Counted from the first letter of the stretch, positions 38,751-47,701 are shown. The stretch: 64,000 bases of DNA from Vicinamibacterales bacterium (GCA_035937795.1 DASZHO010000046.1:936-64935); one strand, 5' to 3'. A program made the numbers and translations. The notes: a model not told the origin generated them from the sequence alone.

Positions 38751-40652
38751 ATGACGACTCGTAGCCGCTCGGTTTCCGATCTGCCCCAGGATCTCGTGGC
38801 GCTGCAAGGCCTGCTCGACACGCGGCTTGCCGCCCTCGAGCAGGCATTAGCCGACCCGGCTCAGCACGGATCCCTCGAACAAATCATCCTCGATCTGGCC
38901 CGCGTTGCCACCAGAGAAGCGGAAGCCGCCGCCCGCCAAGCCTATCTTGAGGCGCAGCGCGAGGGCCAGGGCGCTCTTGCCGCCGCCGGCGCCAAAGCGC
39001 GGGCTGCGCTCGAGAGCGAGCAGGAAGCGGTCGCCCTGATGCGCGCCGAGCTGGACGAGGTCCAGGCGAGGGCTCAGCTGGAACGGGCCAACGCCGCCTC
39101 TGTGCGGTCCGACTTCACCCAGGCCCACACGGCGCTTCAGCAGGAACGGACTGCTGCCGCCGCGATGCGCGCGGAGCTCGAGCAGGCGCAGGCCGCTGTT
39201 CAGCAGGAACGGGCAGCGGCCGCCTCAATACGCGCGGAGCTCGATCAGGCACAGGCCGCCGTTCAGCAGGAACGGGCGGCTGCCGCGACCCGCGAGCGCG
39301 ATCTTGCGGCGTTGCGGCAGACGCTCGAGCAGGAACAGGCAGCGCGTGCAAGCCTCGAGCGCAAAGCCGTCGACGCCAACGCCGCGGTAGAGACCGAACG
39401 CACCGCCGCCGCCACGCTGCAGCAGCGATTGGTGCAGCTGGAGTCCGCGCACCGGTTGGAGCACGACGCGGGCGCGGCGCGCGAACGGGACCTGGCCGCG
39501 GTGCAGCAGGCGCTCGAGCAGGAGCTCAAGCAGGAGCAAACGGCGAACGTGAACGTTCGCCGCGAGCTCGAAGAGGCTCGGACCGCCGCCGTGTCCGTTC
39601 AGCAAGCGCTCGACCAGGCGCACGCCGCGTTGAAATCCGCACGGGCGGGCGCGGGCCGCGACCAAGACCTCGCCGCGGCACAGGACGCGCTCGAGCGGGA
39701 CCTGAAGCGAGAGCAGGCGGCGCACGCGAACGTTCGCCGCGAGCTCGAAGAGGCTCGGACCGCCGCCGTGTCCGTTCAGCAAGCGCTCGACCAGGCGCAC
39801 GCCGCGTTGAAATCCGAACGGGCGAGCGCGGGCCGCGATCAGGACCTTGCTGCGGCAAAGGACGCGCTCGAGAAGGAGCTGAAGCGCGAGCAGGCGGCGC
39901 ACGCAAAGCTTCGCGAGCAGTTCGAAGCCGCGAGACACGCGCCGGAAGGCGATCGCGCGACGAGACAGCCGGATCTCGAGCGGGCGGTCAAGGACGCGCA
40001 GGCGCGCGCCGAAGCGGCGACGCTTGGGCATCGGAAGGTGCTGGCTGAACTGGAGGCGTTGAAGCAGTCGGCCTTTGCGAACGAGGCTGACGCCAAGGTT
40101 CGGTACGAAAAACTCCGCGATGCCGCCGATCAGCAGATTCGGTCCTTGCAGTTGAAAGTGAGCGACGCCGATCAGCGTGCGGCGGCCGCGGAAGGCGATT
40201 TGGATCTGCTGCGGCGCGAGGCGAAGGCGCGTGATGCGAGTGCCGGGGGCGCGCCGTTGTCCGCGCCGTCCCGCGCACCGGGCGCGGCGGTCCCGGCCGC
40301 GGCGGCACCGGCTGCAGGCCAGTCCACCGCGGACGGCCCGGTGCGAGCGGCCAAGCGCACCGCCATGACGGGCGAGGTCGACATCCAGATCGATGGCAAC
40401 GCCTCGAAGCTGATCGATCTATCGACGACAGGTGCGCAAATTCTTTCACCGGGAGCGCTGAAGCCGAACAGACTGATCACGCTGATCCTGCCACTCGCCG
40501 AAGGACGCGTGTCGTGCAAGGGGAAAATTATGTGGTCGCGGCTCGAGCCGGGTCGAAAGGGCGGCCTTTGGTACCGGGCGGGCATCTCGTTTACCAGCGC
40601 AGACGAGGCCGCCATCGAACAGTTCCTGAACCACCAATCCCGGGGAACGTAA
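38751..40652 (+). CDS. Long coiled-coil repeat protein with C-terminal PilZ domain
   Basis: ATG 38751 (the track uses TTG 38736). About 480 aa of Ala/Glu/Gln/Arg heptad-like sequence. The C-terminal PilZ has RAAKR (RxxxR, 40344-40358) and DLSTTG (DxSxxG, 40416-40433). Confidence 0.8.
   Translation: MTTRSRSVSDLPQDLVALQGLLDTRLAALEQALADPAQHGSLEQIILDLARVATREAEAAARQAYLEAQREGQGALAAAGAKARAALESEQEAVALMRAELDEVQARAQLERANAASVRSDFTQAHTALQQERTAAAAMRAELEQAQAAVQQERAAAASIRAELDQAQAAVQQERAAAATRERDLAALRQTLEQEQAARASLERKAVDANAAVETERTAAATLQQRLVQLESAHRLEHDAGAARERDLAAVQQALEQELKQEQTANVNVRRELEEARTAAVSVQQALDQAHAALKSARAGAGRDQDLAAAQDALERDLKREQAAHANVRRELEEARTAAVSVQQALDQAHAALKSERASAGRDQDLAAAKDALEKELKREQAAHAKLREQFEAARHAPEGDRATRQPDLERAVKDAQARAEAATLGHRKVLAELEALKQSAFANEADAKVRYEKLRDAADQQIRSLQLKVSDADQRAAAAEGDLDLLRREAKARDASAGGAPLSAPSRAPGAAVPAAAAPAAGQSTADGPVRAAKRTAMTGEVDIQIDGNASKLIDLSTTGAQILSPGALKPNRLITLILPLAEGRVSCKGKIMWSRLEPGRKGGLWYRAGISFTSADEAAIEQFLNHQSRGT
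39480..39935 (+). repeat. In-frame 177-bp (59-aa) tandem repeat, 2 full copies plus 1 partial, with an 89-bp identical core
   Basis: Copies start at 39480, 39657 and 39834. 39551-39639 is identical to 39728-39816 by direct comparison. A further 63-bp (21-aa) repeat pair lies at about 39165-39290. Confidence 0.85.
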
Positions 40653-40666
40653 TAGGTCCGATCGGG

Positions 40667-40858
40667 TTACCGTCCCCCGTAGGGTTGGCGGGCGTCCCCG
40701 AGCCGTGCGACGTTCCACACGCCTCCGCACGTCTCGCAACGCGAGTATGTGGAAGCGTCTGGCTTGGCGCTCGCCTCGGCGAGCCGTGTCGAGCCGCAGA
40801 ACGGACAGGCCGCCGCCGCCGGCTTCTCGAGGGTCTGTTCGCGCATTCTCGTGCCCAT
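40667..40858 (-). CDS. Small zinc-ribbon protein
   Basis: 63-aa ORF with GC-rich third positions and CPFCGS...(x19)...CETCGGVW. Confidence 0.55.
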   Translation of the reverse strand: MGTRMREQTLEKPAAAACPFCGSTRLAEASAKPDASTYSRCETCGGVWNVARLGDARQPYGGR

Positions 40859-40872
40859 CTATCGTGAGCCTG

Positions 40873-41079
40873 TCAGGCGAGCCGGACGTTTTCGCCGCGC
40901 GGGCCTTTGGCGCCCTGGCCGACATCGAACGTGACCTCCTGGCCCTCGCGAAGCTGGTCGAACGAGGTTTGGGTGCACGCCGACTGGTGAAAGAAGTACT
41001 CGGTCCCGTCGCTCGCCGCGATGAACCCAAAGCCCTTATCGCTGACCAGCCGCTTGATCTTCCCGCTTAGTGACGCCAT
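40873..41079 (-). CDS. csp: Cold-shock protein (CspA family)
   Basis: RNP-1-like KGFGFI and the overall CSD sequence GKIKRLVSDKGFGFIAASDGTEYFFHQS...VTFDVGQGAKGPRGENV. SD AAGGAAG upstream. Confidence 0.9.
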   Translation of the reverse strand: MASLSGKIKRLVSDKGFGFIAASDGTEYFFHQSACTQTSFDQLREGQEVTFDVGQGAKGPRGENVRLA

Positions 41080-41218
41080 TGCGCTTCCTTCTGTCTGTGT
41101 GCGTTGATTCGCCCGTCAACCCACTATCTTACCGGATAAGCCCGACGAAACCCCGCCAATGTTGATTGGGCCGAAAGCCGCGCTCCGGCGAGGCCTCGGT
41201 GCTTCCCGGGCCGGACGC

Positions 41219-42724
41219 TCAGTGCCGGTTGGCGGCCAGGCTGTCCGGCTGCGGCACGGCCACCGCATCCCAATAGAACTGCTCGAAACGGCTCGCCTCG
41301 GTCGGGTTTCTCACCACGTGGAACGCCGCCTGTTTGCCCTCGTCGGTGACCGCCAGAAGCCCGGCGTAGCGAAGATCGGTGAGAACGAAATTCAAGTCGC
41401 GCACCTGATCTTTCGACAGCCCTTTACGCGGGAGATCGAACGCCCATCCCAGAGCATGCATCGGCAACCCCGTGTCGGCACTCGGGCTTCTTCTCGTCTC
41501 GCCGCGCGGGTCCGCATCGTTGAGCAGCTTCACCAGGCTATTTGTCTGCACACCCTTGTAGGTTTTCCCCTCCAGCCGCTCGAGCTGGCGGGCGACAAAC
41601 AGCAGACAGCCAATCGTCGACCGCTCGGCGACGGCGTATATTTCGTCTTTGCCCTTTTGCTGCACCCGGACTCCGAACATCGATGCCACCGCCGGCAACT
41701 TGACGATGCGCTGCCCGAGCGCGGCATCGAGATCGCGGCTGGTCTGCAGCGTCAGCTGCATCGCCTGTCTCTCGCCGACGAAACTCCATTGCCAGTCGGG
41801 CAGAACCGTGCGTCCGAAGCCCCCCTGGAAATTGCTGGTCAGCGTCGCGTAGTCGGCCGCGGATTGCTTGTAGAGAGCCAGCAGCCGCATCGCCTGCTGC
41901 ACGCGGAAATAATAGGTCGGCGAGAAATCCACGCGGTTGAGCGCTTCGATTTGCTTGTAGAGCTCCGGCCGGTAGTAAGGCGTGTTCTTCCAGAAGAGCT
42001 CGGGGTACGACAGCGATGCGTCGCGCATGGCCGCGGCCATCTGGTCCACTTTGATGGTCCGGCCGAAGTAGGCGGACAACAGCTTGGCGATCCGGCCCGC
42101 GCCCATGTGGTACTCCACCACCGCGAAGTCGATCTTTCCACCGAGCCAGGCGCGCCGGTTGGCAATTCGCCTCGCCATCGCCATCACGGCAAGCTCCGGA
42201 TCGTAGCGCTCGTCGACCTTCTGAAAAATCGGCTCTTCTTTCGATTCGATGACCTTGTGCCTGTTCTTGCCTCTGCCAACCGTTCGCGTTTTGGTGACGG
42301 TGCGCGAGCCGACCTGGGTTTTCCGGTCCGTCGCCAGGCCCATTTCTTTCGCCGACGCCTTGGTCATCTGGGCGATACCGGCCGGGCCGGTCGGGCTTTT
42401 CGCGAGCGGGTCGCCGTAGCTCTCGATGAAGATCATGCCGGCCAGCAGCATCGGATCGAGACCGTTCGCCTGAGCCGCGCGTTCGATCGTCAACCAGAGT
42501 TTCGGCTCGAAAATCCGGGAGGGCGCTTGAACCGCAGCGGGGAAGCGGAGCAGATAAAAATTGAAGTTGGTCTCGAGCTGATCCGACCGCAGCGCGATCA
42601 GCTCGGGGGTCAGATGTTCCCTGTCCTTGCCGAGGCCTTCAATATCGGTGACGGAGTTGGCCCACAGCGCCAAGGCCGGGCTCATCATCGTCACCAATAC
42701 CCATACACAGAGCTTCTTCATCAT
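41219..42724 (-). CDS. Lytic transglycosylase (SLT-domain) protein, secreted
   Basis: Signal peptide present. SLT catalytic region GMIFIESYGDPLAKSPTGPAGIAQMT. Confidence 0.75.
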   Translation of the reverse strand: MMKKLCVWVLVTMMSPALALWANSVTDIEGLGKDREHLTPELIALRSDQLETNFNFYLLRFPAAVQAPSRIFEPKLWLTIERAAQANGLDPMLLAGMIFIESYGDPLAKSPTGPAGIAQMTKASAKEMGLATDRKTQVGSRTVTKTRTVGRGKNRHKVIESKEEPIFQKVDERYDPELAVMAMARRIANRRAWLGGKIDFAVVEYHMGAGRIAKLLSAYFGRTIKVDQMAAAMRDASLSYPELFWKNTPYYRPELYKQIEALNRVDFSPTYYFRVQQAMRLLALYKQSAADYATLTSNFQGGFGRTVLPDWQWSFVGERQAMQLTLQTSRDLDAALGQRIVKLPAVASMFGVRVQQKGKDEIYAVAERSTIGCLLFVARQLERLEGKTYKGVQTNSLVKLLNDADPRGETRRSPSADTGLPMHALGWAFDLPRKGLSKDQVRDLNFVLTDLRYAGLLAVTDEGKQAAFHVVRNPTEASRFEQFYWDAVAVPQPDSLAANRH

Positions 42725-42832
42725 TTCTCGAAAAACACGTTCGGCCTCGAAACACCTTCGGCGGAGGTGGGCCTTGGAGGTACGTGTGAAGATGAGGAAT
42801 TCATCGTAACTGGGGCCGCTCGATTAGTCAAC

Positions 42833-42870
42833 GAGCGCCAGAACCGAGCGCCAGAACCGGTGTCAGAACC
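42833..42870 (+). repeat. Three tandem 13/13/12-bp units GAGCGCCAGAACC / GAGCGCCAGAACC / GGTGTCAGAACC
   Basis: Read directly in the 311-bp divergent region between the SLT gene (start 42724, -) and ORF 43036 (+). Confidence 0.85.
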
Positions 42871-43035
42871 GGCGCCTGACGGTTTTGGTCAGCCCGGACC
42901 ACTTCCGTAACCGTTCACGCTTCTCAAAATTTCACGCGCGAATTTAACTCTCACGTCCCTAACGGGTAACAGTCCAGCGAGCCACCGCGCGCGGGGCACG
43001 TCTTTTGCGGCATACCGTTCCCGGGAGGACGCGAC

Positions 43036-43485
43036 ATGACTCGACAAATGACCGCGGCGTGGGTTGTCGCACTGGGCGCAGGGCTCTTGATGATGAGCGC
43101 GCAGGCGCACGGCGCGGCGCAGGCGCCGGCTACGCCGCAGACGCCGACGCAGAAGACATCGACCACGCAGAAGCCGGCCGTCCGGAAGGCGGCGCCGGCC
43201 CCGAAAGTGCCGATGACGACGATGACGGGCTGTTTGAAAATGGATGGGAAACAGTATCAGCTGACCGACGTCGAGGGCTCGCAGATTGAAAAGAGCCGAA
43301 GCTGGAAGACCGGCTTCATCACCAAGTCGACGAAGAGCGTGCAAGTGATCGGCGCTTCGTCGAACGTAAGGCTGAATGATCAGGTCGGGCGCAAGGTCAG
43401 CGTGGTCGGCACCAAAGACATCAAAGACGGCGAAACGCACCTCAACGCCAGCTCGATCAAGCGCGTCTCTGCTTCCTGCTCGTAA
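43036..43485 (+). CDS. Secreted hypothetical protein
   Basis: GGGAGGA lies upstream of the ATG. Signal peptide AAWVVALGAGLLMMSAQAHG. Pro/Thr/Lys-rich linker, then a beta-rich domain flanked by Cys residues. No motif recognised. Confidence 0.6.
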   Translation: MTRQMTAAWVVALGAGLLMMSAQAHGAAQAPATPQTPTQKTSTTQKPAVRKAAPAPKVPMTTMTGCLKMDGKQYQLTDVEGSQIEKSRSWKTGFITKSTKSVQVIGASSNVRLNDQVGRKVSVVGTKDIKDGETHLNASSIKRVSASCS

Positions 43486-43494
43486 CGTCCTGTC

Positions 43495-44112
43495 CTAGGC
43501 AGACTCGATGGCTGCCCCGGCGGAGGCGACGAGCGTTTTCAGAGCGCGAACGATCCAGCGAATCAACCGGACGAGGATCGCGAGGAGAACCAGTACGAGG
43601 CCGGCCGCGACAAACGGGTGGTGCGTGGCAAACCAGGTAATGAAGACGGTGAAGCCGTCTTCGGCCACACTGAGCGCGAAGTTTGAAAACGGCTCGGGCG
43701 ACGGCGTCACGGCGGCGCGGGCCGCCATCTTGCCGCCATGGGCGAGAAGCGCGATCGTTCCGCCGCCGGCGGCCGCCGCGAGCTGCCAGCCCGGGCCGAG
43801 CCGGTCCGTGGCGGCGTAGGCGAGCAACGCCCCGATGGGGACGCGAACGAACGTTTGAAGCGCATTCCAGAGCAGATCGAAGCCGGGGATCTTGTCGGCG
43901 ACAAACTCGACCGCGACTAGCGCGCTGCTCGCCCCGATCACCCACCACTCACCCAGAAGATCCAGGTTGCCGGGCAGCGGCAGCAGGCCCGTGCGCGCCA
44001 GCAACCCCAGCGTCGCAACGGTGGCGTAGACGTTGAGACCGGCACCGAAGCTCACGGCGATCAAGAAGGCGACCAGGGCATCCCCGGACAAGGCCATGGA
44101 GCTAGCGTACAA
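43495..44112 (-). CDS. DUF4126-like integral membrane protein
   Basis: Multi-TM ORF with EFVADKIPGFDLLWNALQT, as recalled for DUF4126. The start may be the ATG at 44097. Confidence 0.6.
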   Translation of the reverse strand: MYASSMALSGDALVAFLIAVSFGAGLNVYATVATLGLLARTGLLPLPGNLDLLGEWWVIGASSALVAVEFVADKIPGFDLLWNALQTFVRVPIGALLAYAATDRLGPGWQLAAAAGGGTIALLAHGGKMAARAAVTPSPEPFSNFALSVAEDGFTVFITWFATHHPFVAAGLVLVLLAILVRLIRWIVRALKTLVASAGAAIESA

Positions 44113-44169
44113 CGTCTGATAGCATGTCTCTTTTCCCTCGCATTAGGATCTCTTCTTGACGGAGGGTTT

Positions 44170-45441
44170 ATGTCGAACAGAGCGTTCGTCGCGCTCGTCG
44201 CCGCCGGTTTTCTTTGCGCTGTTCCGATCGCGGGCCGCCAGGCCCCGACGGGCCGGTCCGGCCGCGGTGGCGGCTTCGATCAGGTCGCGCTGCCGGACGG
44301 CGGCGGCAAAGAGCTGGTGCAAACGGCCTGCTCGGAATGCCACGGGCTCGGCCAGGTCGCCAATAGCGGCGGCTACGATCATCAGGGTTGGCAACTGACC
44401 GTCGAGCGCATGGTGACCGATGGCGCGAAGGTGCCGCCGAATCAGGTGCCGCTGGTCGTCGACTATCTGACCAAGGCCTTTCCGGAACAGCCGAAGCCCC
44501 GGGCCGTGCTGATTCCCGGCAGTGCCACCGTCAATATCAAGGAGTGGGAGGTGCCCACGAAAGGATCGCGCCCGCACGATCCGCTGGCCACACCGGACGG
44601 GATGATCTGGTACACCGGCATGTACGCCAATGTGCTCGGACGCCTCGATCCGAAGACGGGCCAGATCAAAGAATTTCACCTCAACACGGCGAAGTCAGGG
44701 CCGCACGGACTTACGGCCGATAAAGCCGGAAACATCTGGTTCACCGCCAATTCGAAGGGCTATGTGGGAAAGCTCGATCCGAAGGGGGGCGAGATCGTCG
44801 AATATCCGATGCCCGATCCGGCCGCGCGCGATCCGCATACGCCGATCTTCGATCAAAAAGGCAACCTCTGGTTCACGCTGCAGAACTCGAACATGATCGG
44901 CCGGCTCGATCCGCAGAGCGGCGCCATCAAGCTCGTGACCTCTCCCACGCCGCGCTCGAACCCGTACGGCATGGTCGTGAATTCCAAGGGCGTGCCGTTC
45001 CTCGTGGAATTCGGCAGCAACAAGGTCATGAGCCTCGACCCGGTCACGATGGCGATTCGCGAATACCCGCTGCCGAACGCAGACTCGCGTCCGCGCCGCA
45101 TCGCGATTACGAGCGACGATGTGATCTGGTATTCCGATTATTCGCGCGGTTATCTCGGCCGGCTCGATCCGGTGTCAGGGAAAGTCACCGAGTGGGCGTC
45201 GCCGGGCGGGCCAAAATCCCAGCCGTACGGAATCACCGCGCTACACGACGTCATCTGGTACAGCGAGTCGGCGGTCAAGCCTAACACGCTCGTGCGGTTC
45301 GATCCGAAGACGGAGAAATTTCAGACGTGGGCGATCCCGTCGGGCGGTGGCGTGGTGCGGAACATGATGACGACGCGCGACGGCAACCTTGTGATGGCGG
45401 AGAGCGGTGTCAACAAGGTTGCGCTGGTCGAGGTGAAGTAA
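44170..45441 (+). CDS. Cytochrome c domain fused to a Vgb (streptogramin lyase)-like beta-propeller
   Basis: GGAGGG upstream and a signal peptide. CSECHG haem motif. Repeats GPHGLTADKAGNIWFTANSKGYVGKLDP and similar. Confidence 0.75.
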   Translation: MSNRAFVALVAAGFLCAVPIAGRQAPTGRSGRGGGFDQVALPDGGGKELVQTACSECHGLGQVANSGGYDHQGWQLTVERMVTDGAKVPPNQVPLVVDYLTKAFPEQPKPRAVLIPGSATVNIKEWEVPTKGSRPHDPLATPDGMIWYTGMYANVLGRLDPKTGQIKEFHLNTAKSGPHGLTADKAGNIWFTANSKGYVGKLDPKGGEIVEYPMPDPAARDPHTPIFDQKGNLWFTLQNSNMIGRLDPQSGAIKLVTSPTPRSNPYGMVVNSKGVPFLVEFGSNKVMSLDPVTMAIREYPLPNADSRPRRIAITSDDVIWYSDYSRGYLGRLDPVSGKVTEWASPGGPKSQPYGITALHDVIWYSESAVKPNTLVRFDPKTEKFQTWAIPSGGGVVRNMMTTRDGNLVMAESGVNKVALVEVK

Positions 45442-45458
45442 TCCGCGGGCGCCGGTGC

Positions 45459-46535
45459 CTACTTCATCAGGCTGAACTTCTGGATTCGCCGGCCCGTGTC
45501 GGTTTCGGCAATATACAGGTTGCCTTTCGAATCGACCGCCACCGCGTGCCCGTGGGTGAAGTTGCCGAGCATGTGCCCGGGCCGGCCGAAGCTCGAGAGA
45601 ATCGTCCCGCTGGTGCGATCGAGGACGTGAAGCTGCTCGTTGCGGCCGTTCATCACGTACATGAACTTTTGGCCGGGGTCGCGCGAAAAGGCGATCCACC
45701 AGACCGTGCCGCGGGGATCGGGGAGCGCCGGCGTTCCCGTTCTCACCCAGATGTTCCGCTTGAAATTGCCCATCTTGTCGAAGACCTGAACGCGATCGCC
45801 CTGGCGATCGCACACGTAAAGCAGGCCGTCGTTGCCCATGGCAATGCAGTGCACAATCTGGGCAAACGCGCCGCCCACCCCGGCTGCGGTTTCTTCCTTC
45901 GTCGCCTGGTGGCCCCATTGCCGGAGAAACGTGCCCTGCTTGTCGAACACCACAACCCGGCGATTGCCGTACCCGTCGGCCACGAAGACCTCGCCGTTGG
46001 CCGGATCGACGACGACGGCCGCCGGATTGAAGAACTGGGTCTGGCTGGCGTTGAGATTCTTGCCTCTGCTGGTGCCGTCCGAGCTGTCGAAGACGCCGCG
46101 CTTGCCGATTTGCAGCAGCATCTTGCCGTCGTGGGTCCACTTCTGGATGATGCCGTCGCCGTTGCCGGTGAGCCAGATATTGTTGTCGTGATCGACGAAG
46201 CACCCGTGGATGGTCCCCGGCACGGTGGTCGAGTCGCCCCACGAATCGACAAGCTTGCCCGCCAGGTCGAATATCAGGACAGACGGCGCCTGCTTTGACG
46301 TCTCCGCTTCTTCGTCCGTGATGTCGCGCCGATTGGTCACCACGAGGTGATCCTGCGCGTCGACGCACACGCTGCCGGTGCGCCCGATGATCCATCCTTC
46401 CGGCAGCGGCTTGGGCCAGTACGGGTCGATCTCGAACCGTGGCGCGGTGCTCTGCGCCTGCAGGGACATCGGCGCCGGCTGAATACCCGCCCACGCGCAT
46501 ACGAACAAGACAGACGCAACGACAGCGGTCCTCAT
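45459..46535 (-). CDS. NHL-repeat six-bladed beta-propeller protein (amidating-lyase-like)
   Basis: Signal peptide present. Repeated units such as GDRVQVFDKMGNF, NRRVVVFDKQGTF and NLYIAETDTGRRIQKF. Confidence 0.7.
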   Translation of the reverse strand: MRTAVVASVLFVCAWAGIQPAPMSLQAQSTAPRFEIDPYWPKPLPEGWIIGRTGSVCVDAQDHLVVTNRRDITDEEAETSKQAPSVLIFDLAGKLVDSWGDSTTVPGTIHGCFVDHDNNIWLTGNGDGIIQKWTHDGKMLLQIGKRGVFDSSDGTSRGKNLNASQTQFFNPAAVVVDPANGEVFVADGYGNRRVVVFDKQGTFLRQWGHQATKEETAAGVGGAFAQIVHCIAMGNDGLLYVCDRQGDRVQVFDKMGNFKRNIWVRTGTPALPDPRGTVWWIAFSRDPGQKFMYVMNGRNEQLHVLDRTSGTILSSFGRPGHMLGNFTHGHAVAVDSKGNLYIAETDTGRRIQKFSLMK

Positions 46536-46605
46536 AAGGCAGGGGATCTTAAACCTGTAGCGGGTTAGGACGCCAGTTCGCCCTGTGTGTCGCGCGGCGA
46601 GACAG

Positions 46606-46649
46606 TTTTATGCGAGCACTAATCGCCTTTTATGCGAGCACTAATCGCC
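46606..46649. repeat. Perfect 22-bp tandem duplication TTTTATGCGAGCACTAATCGCC x2
   Basis: Read directly. The second copy contains the stop codon and last two codons of the gene at 46641..46898. Confidence 0.95.
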
Positions 46650-46898
46650 GCCGGGCTGGACTTTGCCAGGCCGCAGCGTTTGAAGGACTCTGGCGCGTTC
46701 CTCCTCGGTGTACGGAGTGCGGTTGGACCACATGTGCCCGCACTTTGGGCAGGCCAACCACCGTGGAATCACCGGGAAAAGGTCTTCCACGCGATGGTGG
46801 TGGCACCGCGGGCATTCGGGCCGTGGCGGATCGCTCACGCGCAGCGACACGATCTTCCCCTTTGCGCCTTTTGCGGCCTTTGCGGCCTGATTTTTCAT
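46641..46898 (-). CDS. Small zinc-ribbon protein
   Basis: Start at the internal ATG 46898 (MKNQAAKAAKGAKGK...). CPRCHHH...(x17)...CPKCGHMW. Confidence 0.55.
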   Translation of the reverse strand: MKNQAAKAAKGAKGKIVSLRVSDPPRPECPRCHHHRVEDLFPVIPRWLACPKCGHMWSNRTPYTEEERARVLQTLRPGKVQPGGD

Positions 46899-47103
46899 GA
46901 TGCGTTGTCGAATCTCAACAGCGTCCGGCCGAAACGTACACAATCGACGTACCAAGGCGCTTCATCGAGCGCCGGCACCGCCCGGCGCTCCACCTGCCGT
47001 CCGCACAGTCGCATCCATACCGAACGCGCCACGACCCGAGCGGCGAAGTGCATGAGCGCTCAAGCATTTGCAGCATGGAGTTTGCACTCTCAATCGACGG
47101 GCC

Positions 47104-47319
47104 ATGCGCGTCACGATTGTCAATAAACCTGCCGGGGCATTTGGCGGCATGTGGCTCCAACGTCTCCAGGTGGGACAGACGTACAACCTCGACCCGGAAG
47201 TCGCGAAAAATTTGTTGATGCAAGGCTACGCAATCAAAGAGAATCGATGGGGCGAGCGGCGCCAGGAGCCGAGGCCCGGCTCGCCCGGAAGGCGCCGGAC
47301 CGATGGCCCGAGAGAGTGA
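47104..47319 (+). CDS. Hypothetical small protein
   Basis: Internal ATG of ORF 47068..47319 (MRVTIVNKPAGAFGGMWLQRLQVGQTYNLDPEVAKNLLMQGYAI, then an Arg-rich tail). Moderate coding look, no motif. Confidence 0.35.
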   Translation: MRVTIVNKPAGAFGGMWLQRLQVGQTYNLDPEVAKNLLMQGYAIKENRWGERRQEPRPGSPGRRRTDGPRE

Positions 47320-47377
47320 CCCGGATCCCGGTCCGAGCGACTCGACGGCATGCCTCTCGCAAGCGCCGCGTCGCAGC

Positions 47378-47701
47378 ATGGGAGCCCATACACCACCCCC
47401 CTTCGACCTGCCACCAGGAAAATTCGTCTACCGCCGATGCCGGATGTGTGACTGGGAAGGGCAGTTCGCTCAGGGTCCGAACGTGGATCCTGGATGCCCG
47501 GTCTGCCACGCCCCAACCGACCTGATCGCGCTGCTGCAGCCGATGTCGCAGATCGACGTGGTGAACAAGAATCCGCACGCCGCCGCGCTCGGGCGCCTCG
47601 GAGGGCAGAGAGGCGGCCCGGCCCGCGCCGCAGCCCTTTCGCCCAAGCGCCGCCGGCTGATCGCCCGGAACGCGGCGCTCGCCCGCTGGAAGAAACGCTG
47701 A
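47378..47701 (+). CDS. Small zinc-ribbon protein with basic C-terminal tail
   Basis: Internal ATG 47378 of ORF 47303..47701. Strongly GC-rich third positions. CRMCDW...(x13)...CPVCHAP. Tail AAALGRLGGQRGGPARAAALSPKRRRLIARNAALARWKKR. Confidence 0.55.
   Translation: MGAHTPPPFDLPPGKFVYRRCRMCDWEGQFAQGPNVDPGCPVCHAPTDLIALLQPMSQIDVVNKNPHAAALGRLGGQRGGPARAAALSPKRRRLIARNAALARWKKR

Noticed and set aside
41159-42910. + ORF of 583 aa
   Set aside because: Antisense to the SLT-domain gene, with no motifs.
45241-46500. Minus ORF 45241..46500 (419 aa) and + ORF 45327..46298 (323 aa)
   Set aside because: These are alternative frames over the NHL-repeat gene and the end of the cyt c-Vgb gene. Arg-rich shadow ORFs.
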